A stretch of DNA of 64,000 nucleotides from Balanoglossus misakiensis (taxonomy: Eukaryota; Animalia; Hemichordata): contig CM082590.2 in NCBI GenBank assembly GCA_040954595.2, positions 8,432,001 through 8,496,000 on the forward strand, given 5' to 3'. Positions 1 to 14,400 of the stretch are shown piece by piece. The position numbers and the translations under genes were made by a program. Every line of letters starts with the position of its first letter. Positions within the stretch are counted from its first letter, which is position 1. Below the pieces are notes generated by a model that was not told where the DNA came from, made no database searches, and was given only the letters and a program-made list of their open reading frames with translations.

Positions 1-478
1 TGCCAGATCTGGATTCTCCAACTACGGTACCTGCGTGGATATCTTCGCTCCCGGCTCCAACATCAGAAGTGCCTATAACACTGGCTGCAGTCAATACACT
101 ACCATGAGCGGTACCTCCATGGCTTGCCCACACGTTGCTGGTAAGACTATCACACCACTATTAATTACTACATGTAATTGTATTATTAGAGTGCGCTTTT
201 GAAATCTGTTAGTGCCATGTTTCTTGAAAGACTTCATCTCCTGCTCGAAAAATATGGAGACTATCCTATTGGCGTCGATGCAGCAAAGGTGTTGATGACA
301 TTTTGTACTAATGACTTTTATGTTTTCCCTTCAAGGTGCTCTTACTGTCCACATGGCATCTGGTAGATGTACCGATGGTGCTAGCTGCAAGACCTTGCTC
401 GCTAATGACGCAACTGTTGGAGCCGTCAGCAACCCTGGTGCTGGATCTCCCAACCTCCTCCTCTACATCGATCCTTAA
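1..478 (+). CDS. Subtilisin/proteinase K-like S8 serine protease, paralog 1, 3' part (5' end outside window)
   Basis: Exons <1-140 ([18 protein letters not shown]...[13 protein letters not shown], catalytic Ser motif GTSMA) and 336-478 (ends [11 protein letters not shown]). GT-AG boundaries. 3' UTR intron starts at 484; terminal exon from 1074 with AATAAA at ~1198. Confidence 0.93.
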
Positions 479-587
479 ACGAGGTAAGTTGTCACTGACG
501 TACATCAATACAGCCCAACCTGTCTACAGTCGCCAGGCAAGGGGCTTTCCTAAACTGGTCGTCACAGACACATGGCCGTTAAGACAG

Positions 588-720
588 ATCAATTCTTCCT
601 ACCTTAAATAGTTTTTTGCTACCTAAGTGAGTGATGAAAATCTCACATGATCTACACAATTTCAAGATGGCCGATTTTTGCCATGTTTAACAATGGAAGT
701 TCTTATGTTGAAAAAAGTTT
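588..720. repeat. Dispersed repeat; inverted second copy at ~57446-57558
   Basis: TCAATTCTTCCTACCTTAAATAG...TTTCAAGATGGCCGATTTTTGCCATGTTTAA matches the reverse complement of 57446-57558. Confidence 0.8.
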
Positions 721-3254
721 AATAACTTTAATATGCTTACTACACTTTTTGACCAAAGGAAGTAATGAAAAACAGTCAATATATCATTTCTTCTAACTCT
801 TACTACAGTGAGTTGTCGACCTTTTACCCAGAATGCAATTATTACCGGTATAATGTTATTTGACTCCCTAGCACAAAGTGGAAAGCTATCTAGGGCAGCC
901 AGAATGCACACTGGGATCGTAACAAAGTGGCCACTATAGACACGTTGCCGCCATATATAGAGTTAGCCATCGCAGAGTTGACAGAACAGTTACTCTAGAA
1001 TCGTTGCAATATTACATGCAAACATGTGCCAATCCCCAATATAGCCGCTAACCAAAGTGATGCTTTCTTACAGACTCCGGAAGATTGGACGCTTCTCAAA
1101 TAAACACGACGATTAGGCCGAATGCATGGTATACGTCAAGTGTACACATCTTGAATTCCTTGTCATTGTTATGGTCTATCTGATTTCCAGAAGATGAAAT
1201 AAAGTTTTGAAATTAAATATTTTTGCATCTGTTGTTTATTTCATAGTAACTCAGATATCTGACCGCAGACAGTTCAAGAGAATTCAACTCGCTGTGGACT
1301 GGAACCCCACACAATCAAAAGCGAGTTTTAATGTTCCTGGGATTATACCAAAAGAACAGAATGTTGAACATTTGCATATTTGGGGATAATAAGAGACCAG
1401 TTATGATTGAGAAAATGAATAAGATTAAGAACGAATTTTTGACAGATTAAATTTGACAAAGCTTTAAAAAGCTACGCGCAATATTTGCGATAAAAACATC
1501 ATCGTGTATGATATTAAACTTCCAGCAATGGTCTTTGGAGAAACATAAGCCAAATGTGATATTTTTCGAATATAGGAGTCTGGTCGATGTTTTATATAAC
1601 TATGAACACAGGCCTACCCCATGTCTACCGCTGGCTGCGCTATGCTCTTAACTCTTAAGCCCCATTCTGATTGGTGGACGATAGATTCTCCCGATCTGAT
1701 TGGTTGCATAGTCGATTGTACAGATGTTACTCCCCACATTAGAGCACGATGCTCTGGTAACATGTAAATAACGTTTAAAATTCGTTGAAAAAGTTATACA
1801 ATTTGGTCGACGACGATGACATCCACAAGACCAGTCAGCGTGTCACCATTTAATCACAGCAAGCTTCTGTATAAGGCTCAACAGTAACATTACCGACTAG
1901 GGATATGGCTAAGGAAATTCCGCCATTGGTTATGAATGAACAATAATATCATTATTACATTTGAATATTCATTGGGACTGTCCGCATGTATGCGTACCAT
2001 ACCTGGGCTAAGATAGATTTGCACTGGATATAGACTTAAATCCTTCCGTAACATTCAAAGAATCTCAAATTTCTCCTAGGAGAGATTACATTATCCTGGT
2101 TTTGAGGGGGTTCTTCTTCTAGGACCCTTTAACCACCATGGTTGGGTCCAAAACATGTGTTTTCTATGGTAAAGTTCGACCTCAATAAAGGAAACTGGGG
2201 GTGAAAGGGTTAAAAAATGGATGTACGGACGATATCAAGACAATCTTGCAGATCGAACGCAGCCACGTCTGTGCGCAACCTTTAACTTCAATTCAGAGGC
2301 AAAGACATTGACTCGCGGGTGTACTTCAAAACGTTGCTGACATGATTGGCGAATAAAACGTGCTGACCATCCCGTCTGAATCAACATTCGAACCCTTATC
2401 GGATACGCTGCCCTAGTTGATTCTATCGTTCTGTATGACTGAGTGGTTAGCGGGGGGGGGGGGGGGGGGGGGGGGGCTGACGCATGGTTAAGTGTAACCT
2501 ACATTTAAGGACATCTCTTGAAACGGCAAATGTGAGATAAAAAACGTATTGGGAATATTAAATACTGTATTAGGGTATGCGCGATATGTCAGGGAAGGGA
2601 GGTTTTTTTCATGCATGAAAAATGAGGAGGATCACCATTTTTCGTGTTAGTATAGCTATATATGGGTAAATCACAAGCGCGTTAGACCCTCCCTGTGTAA
2701 TTTCTGTTCAGGCCCTTACTATGTTAAGTTGTATTAATGGTTGTTGGTCTGAAAATCATAATACTGGCTGCGTTTATACAAATTATAAGTCTGACTGAAA
2801 TCCGGGGCTTCCGACGCCCTTTATATCGAGTCAAACGACAAACGCCAGTGTACACGCACTATATACAAATTTAAAACACGAGATCTAATCAAACGTTACA
2901 TAGACCTAGATATAGACAAACAAGATCTGGTATCTTGTATGTATCATATCCCCAATTAGGTTACGATAACTCAACCCGACCATGATAATCTAATTCATCG
3001 CACCAGCAAACTTGTGATATACCAAAATATCACAGGAAGCCATCTTTGTTTTATCCGAGCAGATGCGAATGACAGTTTTTGACACCGCAAACGCCAGTCA
3101 GCGCTCCCTCGGATCTGATATCTCGGTCCGATAGCCCGCCCGGCGCGTGACTTAATCGCCCAACCACCGGATCTCGATAATATTTTTGTGTTAATAACAC
3201 TATCGCCGGATAAATCGTTCTGTTTATAGTAACAAGGCTGGGAAAATGTTGTTC

Positions 3255-3308
3255 ATATAAAGGGAGTTGGATGCGGGTTGTGTTAGTCTTCTGTGCCGTT
3301 TCATTTAG
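3255..3308 (+). promoter_or_regulatory. TATA box and short non-coding first exon of protease paralog 2
   Basis: TATAAA at 3255-3260, initiator-like TTAGTC ~25-30 nt downstream, donor AG|GTGAGT at 3308/3309; next acceptor at 3851, just before the ATG. Confidence 0.6.
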
Positions 3309-3863
3309 GTGAGTACTGACATTACTCTGTTGGCCCACGCTGCCACCCAGATAGACAACTTGGTGGGTCTATTTTCTTGTTCCGTTGAAAAACCCATGAA
3401 TATCATATCTCCTGATTTCCATACCACTGTCTGTCCAGGTGAGATATTTAGCGAAAAGTACCCTTTTTACTTGTTACTTGTATTTCTTTCGTTGAAACCA
3501 CTTATCTCGTGGAATTATACTTAGCATTCATTCGACATAGATCGCATCTGTGTGTAAATTACATGTGTGCTCTCACGGTTCGCTCTAAGTCACATTTGAA
3601 CATTAAAGGAAGATAAATATGCCTCGATTTCTATTGCAAACACCCGAAACTCCAATTCAAGTATTAGGTCTACGATTATTCGTTATGTTTAAAACTTTCC
3701 CGATGGATCAGTCACAAATGTCTTCAACATTTACAGCCAGTCCAGATTGTCTTCATGTATACCGACATTGATATAGAAACTGTTTCTTGTGTGAGATTTC
3801 GATTACATTTCTAGATATATGTAAGCTTAATATACATGATTTTCATTTCAGAAAGACTTCAAG

Positions 3864-6800
3864 ATGCGTATGTTTCTGTTGGCGTTGTTCGTGGCTGCGG
3901 CCAGTGCGGCAACTTTCGCACCCTACTACACTGCGCAGGATCCAATCAAGAATAGATACTTGGTCAAACTGAAGGTATAGGGCTTCGGTTTTTATTGAGA
4001 ATTTTTTGTCTCTTGAGAAACTTGCCTACAACTGGTCTGGATCCCTATACAGAGGATAGTTTTGACGTATTTCGGTAAAAAAGTCAACATTTCAGCGCTG
4101 GTCTCGTTTTTCTCTCTCGCGTGATTTCGCGAGACAGTGGCGTGCAATATATCACGCACGTTTTAGCAACGGCTGCCCGTCCTCGTGTGATTCGGTTGTT
4201 TTTGTTTGTTTGTAAACAGGACAGTTTCAAACCAGCCGAGGTTTTGAAGCAGCTTCCTCTTACCACAGCCGTCAAGCGCACATTTGAGACTGTCTTTGTT
4301 GGATTCGCTGTTGAGCACATCGGCTCAGTCACCGCGGTAAGTACGTGTACCAGTAGGCCTATCCTTTGTTTTTATATGAGAGATAGAGAACTGAAAAACG
4401 CTTCCAAAATTCGTCCTTCGATTCCTTTCCTGTTAAAAAGTTTACATGACGAATCGCAGATTTTCTGACTTCCCCCTAGGTTCGTCACTTGGTTTGTTTT
4501 TGCGTGGAAATTTATAAGACAAAGCAAACTTGTACATGTTAGCAGACGACATGCATTGTTACATCCGGGATATGTACAGGCGCCATTTTGTGCTTTCAAT
4601 TTTCATATTATTTGGCCGTCGAGGATTTTTAATTGCACTATTGACTTGAAAAAAACATAACACTACTCTAGTCTTAATCAGAAATTAATAAATGAACAAC
4701 AGTTCACCTAACGCGACCCACAGCTAAACCACAGACATTACTAGTAAAGGGAAAACCATTTTATTTCGGGAGGGGGCGGTACAACTTTTGTTTTTAGTCA
4801 CCCCCCTGAAATCAAACGGTTTTCCCTTAAAGTTTAAAAAATCAGAGAATTATTTGTTTGGAAGTGGGTATTGTACATCAATACTGATGACAATGGTGGT
4901 AAAGTTATGCTGTGAGTATAGAATTAATTATTGTATTGAATTTTCCATGGTTGATTTTTGACTTTTTTTAGCTGACACAACTGCCATTCGTTGAATATGT
5001 TGAAGATGACTCCATCATGAAAGCTGATGTTGAATGGGGATGTGATCGTCTGGATCAGAAAAATCTCCCTCTTGATGGCGTTATGAACATCTATGGTAAG
5101 TCACTGGGTTTTGTCATTGTTGCTACTTCTATGGTAATTAATAAATGGCTAAAACGGCGAGTGTTTTAAGAACATATGGTGGGGCCTTTTTTTCCACGTG
5201 TGCCACCCACTGAAAATCTGTGATTGGCTAGATATCAATTTACCATGGTATCTATATCTGAAGTTGCATAGGTGACATACTGTATACCTTTAATTCATTG
5301 ATGTTTTGTATTATGTATTTCGACACACAGGCACTGGTGCTGGAGCCAACATTTATGACACCGACACTGGCGTCCGTTACACACATCAAGAATTTGGCGG
5401 CCGTGCTGTTTACTTCTGGGATTTCGATGATGCCAATCAAGTAAGTGTTTATTACGTATTGCCTGTTAACCCTTTCACCACAATGGTTTGGTCCAAATCC
5501 ATTGTTTTCTATGGCAAAGTTGGCCCTCTAGAGAGGAAACTGGGGGTGAAAGGGTTAATTGTAAGCCTAAAGTATCAGTATGATGTACAGTAGAACCTTG
5601 GATTAGACAGCCCTTACAAAACTCTCAGGCCTGTTTGAAGCATTTATTTAGTGGTCAGATATGAGCCTGTATATGTTACTGGACTGTTAATCTGTAGGTT
5701 AGACGGTACATGCGTTCTGCAATTGTCTATGCTAAGAACGGTTTATTTTCACATAAATAAGCCTGTAGCTATGGTTACTTATAATTAGGAGTATCGCCGT
5801 GTTGATCTTCAGTATGTACAACATGAATAAAAGTTATGTAGCACTCTGTGATCAACGAGTTGAAAATACAGCATGAGCTTTCGGGAACATGTAGTCCCCT
5901 TCATCAGATGGACACGTGGAATGAACAGAGAATCATGGGGTATTCAAAGTAGGAAATATGTGAGTTTTGTTCAGGAGGTTTTACTGTATGTTTTCCTTAC
6001 CTTTAGGGAGTAGATTGCCATGGTCACGGAACACACACCAGTGGTACTGCTGGTGGCTCAACCGTTGGTGTTGCTGTCGATTCAATCATCCAAGGCGTCC
6101 GTGTCTTGAACTGCGCTGGCGCTGGTCTGACCTCCAACATCGTTGCAGGTAATTTGTACTTATATTAAAGGGACAAAGTCTCTCTCTCGCTGCCCTTTTT
6201 CCATTAAAGGGACAAAGTCTCTCTCGCTGCCCTTTTTTCCATTATATTTGATACAAGACACTGTTTATGTTATTCTTCATGTGGATATACATGTATAGTG
6301 AATCATTGGTTGACCACACACAACTTCCATCTCACTTGCAGATACAAGAGTGAAAAACTCGCCAAATGAATAGTCGGTGTTTACCATTTATTCATTTTGG
6401 CGAGATGTTTACTCTCCTATCCTACAAACAGGATTGAACTTGTGTGTGGTCGAACGTTGATTCACTATACATCCACATGCAGAATAACATTAATGGTGTC
6501 TTGTATCAAACATAATTAATGGAAAAGGGGCAGCGAGAGAGACACTTTGTCCCTTTAATCATGTTTGATACAAGACACTGTTTATGTTTATGTACATGTG
6601 TATACTAGTATGTAGTGAATCAACTTTTAACCACACACGACACCCATCCTGCTTGTAGACACAAGAGTGAAAAAAACTTTTAATTACCATTTATTCATTT
6701 TTGTCGAGATTTTACTCTCACATCATACATGTACTGACCTTCACGTATTTCTACATAAAACGTCAGGATTTGACTTAATTTGGCTTCAATCTTCTCTTCA

Positions 6801-8852
6801 TAGGATTGGATGCTATTGCACAAACTGGACCAAGACCAGGTGTTTGCTCAATGTCTCTGGGTGGTGGTGCCAGCCCTTCTTTGGATCAAGGTGTCCGCGA
6901 TCTGATCGCCGCGGGCGTGCCAACTTCTGTCTCTGCTGGCAACGATAACGCAGACGCTTGCAACCAGTCCCCTGCCAGAGTTGCGGAGGTTAGTCGAAAA
7001 ACCATGGAAACCTATGGTCTTTTTATAATATTCAAATTTCCCAGGTGTTAAGGGACAATAGCTGTCACTTTCATTTTTATTTTTAGTATTTTTGTTCTGT
7101 TAATCAAATGCAATTTATGTTGTACTCCAATCAGCATGCTACTATACCAAGTGCTCCACTTGTCAACAATTAGTCGATTATATGTGTGTAATGGTCATTG
7201 GTATTGTTGACAAATGAATTTTAGTCCGGACTTGAATTTAAATTATGCCCAATAACAGTACTGACTGTTATTTATACATAGAGATTGTGTTCATAAGCTA
7301 GATACTGGGCATTTCACCATGCTTCAGGGATTTGAACAAGAAACTGCAGTAAATACACAAAACAAAAATAATGGAAATAAAGCCTATAGTGACAGCTACT
7401 GTCGTTTTGAGCTTAGCCTTCAAGGTTTGAACTAAGTTAGGTTGGGTCACCCAAAATCATAGAAAAGAAAATCACATGTCTTGTTGAGTTAGATTTCTAT
7501 CAACTAGAAATGTATGTGGTTCTGGAAAGTGGTTTTGCTAAAACAACTACAATTAGTATGATTATTTGACTGACTATTTCCTCATGCTTCGAACAGGCTG
7601 AAACTGTTGGCTCAACCACAAGCAGTGATGCCAGGTCTGGTTTCTCCAACTACGGTACCTGCGTGGACATCTTCGCTGGTGGTTCCAATGTCAGGAGCTC
7701 GTACCACGAGGCCGATGATTCGTACACCACCATGAGTGGAACATCCATGTCTTGCCCGCACGTCTCAGGTTGGCATTTTTGTCATTTTTCATTATTACTT
7801 CCCGTAAAATGTATTAAAGTGAAGGGGTCGTCGCGCCGCGTTTGTTTATAAACATTACAATTCATCCACAACAAATTAGATCATTCTTAGAATGAACGAA
7901 GCAGCTAACTGTAGTGTAGACTGGGCATGACAGCAACTGAAGATCCTAGTAGATCGTGGCGACTGCAGTGGGGTTTGTGCTGGTATGGGAGGACATATTC
8001 TCATCAAGGGGGGGGGGGACACCCACGCAGCGCGACGACCCCTTCCCTTTAATGTTCCACTAGGTTTTAATGTCGCTGTTTTCGCTGATTTAAAATCTGC
8101 TAAATTAGAATCCCAGTGAAGATGAAAAAACTAAAACAGAACTTATTGTTCCCGAAGACAGAAATGTTTGACTGAAGGAAGTCATGAAATACAGTTAACA
8201 TATCATTTTTCTATCTCTTACTACAGTGAGTTGTCGACCTTTTACCCAGAATGCAATTATTATGTGATTTGACCCCCTAGCACAAAGTAAACCCCAGAAT
8301 GCAATTATTATGTGATTTGCCCCCTAGCACAAAGTAAACCCCAGAATGCAATTCTTTACTATCAATCACGTGATTTGGCCATGTGACACACGGCGTTGTC
8401 ATTTCCAGATGACGGGCAAGCAATATTTCGACATCCAGTAAAAGTTTTTCCGAGTATGTTTTTACTTTAGAACCGCCAAACATGTATCAGGTATGGTGCC
8501 TTATCAGCCTCATGGAGTTTCGTCTGCACAGTCTTTGTCTGCACCACGTTGTTGAAGTTGCCCGTCATCTGTAAATTTGAATGCGAACGTAACTGCCGCC
8601 TGAGCGCGTCTGACGTCATTTGATATCGAAGAATTATTATAATGTGATTTGACCCCCTAGCACAATCGAAGGCAGAGAGAATTCATTCATTTCAATTGTT
8701 TCACAGGCGCCATCGCTATCCACTTGGCATCCGGCAGATGTACTGATGGAGCATCCTGCAAGGCGAAACTTGAAACTGACTCAACCAAAGGAGTTATTTC
8801 CAACCCAGGTGCTGGATCCCCCAACAACCTACTCTACGTCGAGAACCTTTAA
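3864..8852 (+). CDS. Secreted subtilisin/proteinase K-like S8 protease, paralog 2 (signal peptide + I9-type prodomain + catalytic domain)
   Basis: Coding exons 3864-3974, 4220-4336, 4972-5095, 5331-5440, 6007-6148, 6804-6988, 7597-7768, 8707-8852, with consistent phases. Signal peptide MRMFLLALFVAAASA; triad motifs DTG, HGTH, GTSM; oxyanion AGN. 3' UTR intron from 8858; last exon from 9460 with AATAAA at ~9536. Confidence 0.95.
6165..6558. mobile_element. TTAA-flanked palindromic MITE (Kolobok-like termini) with duplicated left end
   Basis: TTAAAGGGACAAAGTCTCTCTCGCTGCCC occurs twice on the left; GGGCAGCGAGAGAGACACTTTGTCCCTTTAA on the right; long internal inverted arms. Confidence 0.7.
7049..7410. 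mobile_element. TTAA-flanked non-autonomous DNA transposon; related copy ~31545-31825
   Basis: TTAAGGGACAATAGCTGTCACT...AGTGACAGCTACTGTC; internal TCCACTTGTCAACA...GGACTTGAATT...AAGAAACTGCAGTA shared with the USP8 intron copy. Confidence 0.6.
7814..8052. mobile_element. TTAA-flanked TIR element
   Basis: TTAAAGTGAAGGGGTCGTCGCGCCGCG...CGCAGCGCGACGACCCCTTCCCTTTAA. Confidence 0.65.
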
Positions 8853-10843
8853 GTACAGTAAGTTGACAAACCGCTGGTTCATCAGGGACACGAGGTGTAA
8901 CTTTTGGCTTTATTTCCAGTATGATATGTTCCCAAATCATAAACCAATGTTCCCCAACCGTACACTGTTTTAGCTTTGTCTAAAATACAAGCTGGTTTAT
9001 ACCCACAACAGGTCCAACTTCTCCAATAAATGCAATGGATTTGGACCAAACCATGGTGATGAAAGTGTTAGATTAAAATTTAAATACCCAGATGTAAAAT
9101 TTAAATACCCAGATGTAACACAGAAGTATAAGTGGCATCGTTAATGACACGCTCTTAGTTGAAATATTGTGGCAACCTTGTACAGTGACACAGGCAAAAT
9201 GTTTGTGATAAATGTCCTTACAGAAAGAAACTTGCATATTAAGAAGGGCCTTTCCATAAAAAAACATGTGGAGAGGGGGAATTTAGATATTTTGTTATTA
9301 AATACAGCTGTAGACACTAGGTCTGACATAAACTTTAATAATAATAATACATATAATGCATAATAATAATTTATTTATTTATTAATTTATTATTTATACA
9401 TTCATTTGGGAATAATTTGATGACATCATCAACTTAAAGTGTTTTTCTTGCTTACACAGATTCTGGGTATCAACTCGGATTGCCGACAAACAGACTACAT
9501 TGTGGATTTTTAATTTGACAATTTCAGAGAATTAAAATAAATTTTAAAAAAGATACACTTTGCCTCGTATATCTTTGGATTTGAATATAATTTATAGACA
9601 TCGATATGTTTGACTACACACAATCAAAAGCCACACACACAAAAATAAACTGTACTAAGTATTCATTTGTATAAATATTCAATTCTTTATTTAAGGATGT
9701 ACACACGCTCCAAGAATCTTAAATTTGTCTATTCTCATAGCTATACACTGAGAATGGAAACACATTTTCAAGTGGATTTCATGAAATTGTACACGTACCT
9801 CAGTCAAAAGTGGTCAATGATTTGCATTGTCACTGTGCTTGTTTCTCAAACATTGATAACATTTACAGAGAACCCAAATATCCCACTTTAAATTTAAAGG
9901 AACTGAAAATACTGTAAACTTCACTGAACATCCTTTAATACATGAAATGTTTGACTTGATATGAAATCGGGAGTTAATTTTGTACACAGCACACTTTTTA
10001 AAAGAAAACTGAAATAAAAATAAATATTGGAGGTTTTCTGGTTTTACAGAAAATTAATCTGCATAATGTTGAAACATATCAGGGTTTTGGGGATAGTTAA
10101 AGGTATACGGTCACCTCTAATTTACATATGTCTATATATGGTACAAGGCACAAGGGTTCTAAGTCTTCGAATGACCAAATGGTGACACACCTTTTTTAGC
10201 ATATGCCACCCACTGAAGTCATGCCATTTCAGAACGTTACCAGCAATTTCACGACTGAGCTACATTACTGCCAAACTGTACATCATGCCACGCTATTTTC
10301 ACCCTCTCATCACCACCATGGTTTGCTCCAAATCCATTGTTTTCAATGGTGACGCCGGACCACAACATAAGCAAAATAGGGATGATGGTCTGGGACCAGT
10401 CAAATACTTTAAATTTCCATTTCCATGGTAATTTGAACTGCCATACATGTTTATTTCCAGTAATTGTTACAATTTCCTCTGCTTTTTCCTTCACAACATA
10501 TGGAGAGCAACCATCCCTCATTTTATGACACCTTGATAAGCTCTAGGTCAGTCACCCCCTGGATATTGACCCTATCCCTATAACCCCAACTCTGTTAAGT
10601 GAAAAATGCCTGGTATGGAATCCCCAGGGGGTAACCATCCTGATTCTGAAACACCTGCTGAATTACATCTTTCACCTTGTCTGCTCATTTACACTATCAC
10701 CGCTCTTAAAAGTACACCAGACAACAGTCTCTTCATTTTGTTCAGTACAATTTCTGTTCATCTTTTTACAATGCAATATCAGGCTTGTATGGTTGAAGCT
10801 TATTGTGATGTGGTCATAGACAGGTGATTGGGTCACATGTAAT

Positions 10844-11076
10844 AGGGAAAAAATTGTGTGGTTCTGATATAATGCTGTTTAGAAATATGGAATGTTGGTA
10901 GGCAGGAAAATAATTAGTTTTATATTTATCAGTTCAGAACATGATTTAGCTTTTTATTACTCTTCTTTTATCATGGAAATTAAACTTGACATAACCGTAA
11001 AAAGGTTATGGTCGGTGGGTTTAAAATAGGGTAGGAAGGGTTATCAGAACCACACAATTTTTTTTTCATGCCTTTA
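10844..11076. mobile_element. TIR element downstream of MCCC2
   Basis: AAAAAATTGTGTGGTTCTGATA ... TATCAGAACCACACAATTTTTT inverted termini. Confidence 0.55.
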
Positions 11077-11401
11077 AAGGTAAACAGTCACTGATAATTG
11101 ACATATGTCCATGTCTTCAAATGATCGTTTAGTAGCACACTTTTTCATTGGCAACCCTGTGAAAATCTGTCATTGGCTACACATCTCAGCTGTTGACAAG
11201 AATGGCTCGTACAGTGTTTGTGTTGCTGATACCATGACTACGATATCCTCTCTTGGTGGACTTAGTTCCGAAATTCGATTCAGATTTAGTTTAGCAGTTT
11301 CGCCCCTCCCCTCAAAAAAAACCAAACAAACAAACACAAACTGAGTTCGCGTGATCGTCATCGTGATTCAAAAATGTTGCATTATTTCGCGTTCCACACT
11401 C

Positions 11402-14400
11402 TCACATCCTGAAGACGCCGAACTTGGTCTTCTCGATGGGCGCGTTCAGGGCCGCACTCAGACTGAGCCCCAACACCATTCTCGTATCTGCCGGGTCGAT
11501 AACTCCATCATCCCATAGCCTACATATAAAGAAATAATTACAGTCAAGTAAATTGTAAATAGGTCAAAATTCCATAGCATGTACTAGGCCAATATAAACA
11601 GTGTTCAATTAATGACCTTCAGGTTCAAAAATGTCTTGCATTGGCGACTAGTTTGTAACCCACCTTGCACTTGCATAATAAGGATTTCCTTCTTTTTCAT
11701 ATTTGGCCAGAATTGGTGCCTTCATCCTTTCTGTGTCTTCCTTTGTCCACTACAGAGTGAAAATAAAAGCAAAGGTATCATTTATTCTGCAGAAAGCCAG
11801 AATAACCTCACCATAATACATCTATAACTATAACCCTTCACCCCCAGTTCCATCTTCAGAGGTCCAACCTTACCATAGAAAACAATGGGTTTGGACTGAA
11901 CCATGGTGGTGAAGGGGTTAAAATGTACAGAGAGACCTACCTCTTTGCCTTCCTTCCTCACTTGCTGTTCTTTGACTGTTGATAAAACGATGGCCGCCTG
12001 CTCGCCACCCATCACAGAGACCCTGGCGTTGGGCCACATGTACAGGAAGCGTGGTCTGAAATGATACAAGCACCACAGGTTGTATTGGAACACTGGATTG
12101 GTTAGACGTGGTACTGTTATTCTGTTTAATATGACTGACTATCACTGTAACACTTGCAGCTTACGAAGTGCTTGTTTTGGCTCCTGCTGTCCAAATGCGA
12201 ATGTCAACCCTTTCACCCCCCATTTCCCGGTATAAAGGTCCAGCTTTGCTACTGACAACAAAGAAACTGGAAGAAACCATGGTGGTTCAAGGGATAAACC
12301 AGGCTCACCCACTTACCCATAAGCTCTGCCACACATTCCGTAGTTTCCTGCGCCGTACGACCCACCAATGATCACGGTCATCTTGGGGACCTTCGCGCAC
12401 GACACGGCCGTCACCAGTTTCGCGCCGTTCTTGGCTATACCGCCCTCTTCAGCTGCTTTGCCGACCATGAAACCTGCAATGCACAAAAAAAGCATGAATG
12501 ATTTGACCTTTCAACTCTGAACCTAACCGAATACATTATGTGGAAATTGCCTCACAGGTTACCTGGAGTAGGTCAGAGTGAAGTTGATCAAAACACTATG
12601 TTCTCCCGTATGCTGGTACCAATGCCACCCTTTTACCCCCATTTCCCTGTATGGAGGTCCAGTATTGCTACTGAAAACAACAGACTTGGACCAAACCATG
12701 GTGGTGGAAGGGTTAACGGCATATACATGGGTGTCATCCATGTTTCTAAGAGGACACACCTAGTTTGTTACCAACCCAATAGTCCAGCGATCTTACCTGT
12801 AATATTTTGAAGAAATATAAGAGGTATACCACGCTGACAACAAAGCTCTATGAAGTGAGTTCCCTGTCAAGAAATAAGCAAAACTGGCTTTAATATTTTC
12901 ACCATGAAGTACACAGTAAAATTTCTAGCTAAAAAACAAAGCATAATTAGAAACATTTCATGCCCCTTGTCAACTTTCCCGGATTTCTAGGGATACATTT
13001 CTTCCTTCCAGGACAGATTCCGGGACTGTCCGGATATTCCGGGAGAAAGGAACCCTGATGACGGCAAATTCATTCCAGAGGACTTGTGGAATATAAGTAA
13101 ATGTAGATATACACAACTTACTTTTAATGCTGATTCTGAAAATAACACACCGTTGTTGCCTAGGATACCGACTGGATAGCCATGGATTCTTGCAAAACCT
13201 GTCAAGACCACCAAGGTTTTACTGTATTAGCCTTGCGAATAGATGACAATTGTTGATGGATGGGTGGGTGGACACCGACGGACGTACAGATGTTCTAATC
13301 TGACAAACTATACATCGCTAACAGTGGAGCTAGTTACCATGATGAGGACAACTAACCTGTAACAAGAGTCTCTCCGTAAAGTTTCTTGAATTCATGGAAC
13401 TCGCTTCCATCGACGACCCTCGCGATGACTTCCCGCACGTCGTACGGTTTGAGAAGATTGGTTCCGACAATCCCGTACATTTCGTCAGCCGGGTACAACG
13501 GATCTTGTGGCTTGTCAATGGTCACCTGTAAAGTTGAAGACAGATTGTGATTGAAAGATAAAATTCTGATCAATACAAAATTTACTTATACAATAAAGCA
13601 GTGTAATTGTGTACGGTATACTTACATCCACATTCTTCTCGTAGTTGAGATTTTTGACGACTTTCCTGGCTAGGTACAGAGCATGTTCATCATTCACTGC
13701 GTAGTGATCCGTCACTCCTGATGTCCTGCATTACAAAAAAACATGGAATTACAATGTATCAAAATCCCGGAAAAGAAGATTCCTAGGTACATGTACACAT
13801 AAAACTGTGTGTGTGTGAAACAGTCACATAAATACTATTTGCGTGATTATTCATTCATACGTTCATTCATTCATTGGTTAGTTGATTGATTGATTGATGT
13901 ACTGATTGATTGATGATTAATTCATTTGAAAAGATACTGGCTTCACCAGACATACCCCTCCACCCCCCCTCCCCCATTCCCAGATTATGGTTCCACCCTG
14001 TCTACTCAATACTACAGGATGCATCTAAAACACAGCTCTGAAAGGGATGATGGAGTATACCACTCACCTACAGTGTAAATCGGCACCTCCCAGTTCTTCA
14101 GCTGTCACTTTCTCATGTGTCGCTGCATAGACCTGGGACCACAAGAAGATGATGGTTGAGGAACTCAATGAACTTTAAGATTTCTATTCATAACTGTGTT
14201 ATGTACATATAGCCTTTCCTATCGTTTACGTACTGTAAAACACTTTATTTTCGCGAGTTAAAATTTTCGCGATATCGAGAGAGGCCGCTGTTTCGCGAGT
14301 ATTAATTTTTTGCGTTCTCTTATTTCATTCACTGCATCGTTATCTTCAAAAAAAAATTACGCGACTTTTTATTTTCACGCTATTTTGGCTCTCGCGTATT

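Noticed and set aside
2452-2476. 25-nt poly-G as a regulatory G-quadruplex
   Set aside because: Simple homopolymer; shorter G/C runs occur elsewhere in the window and nothing supports function.
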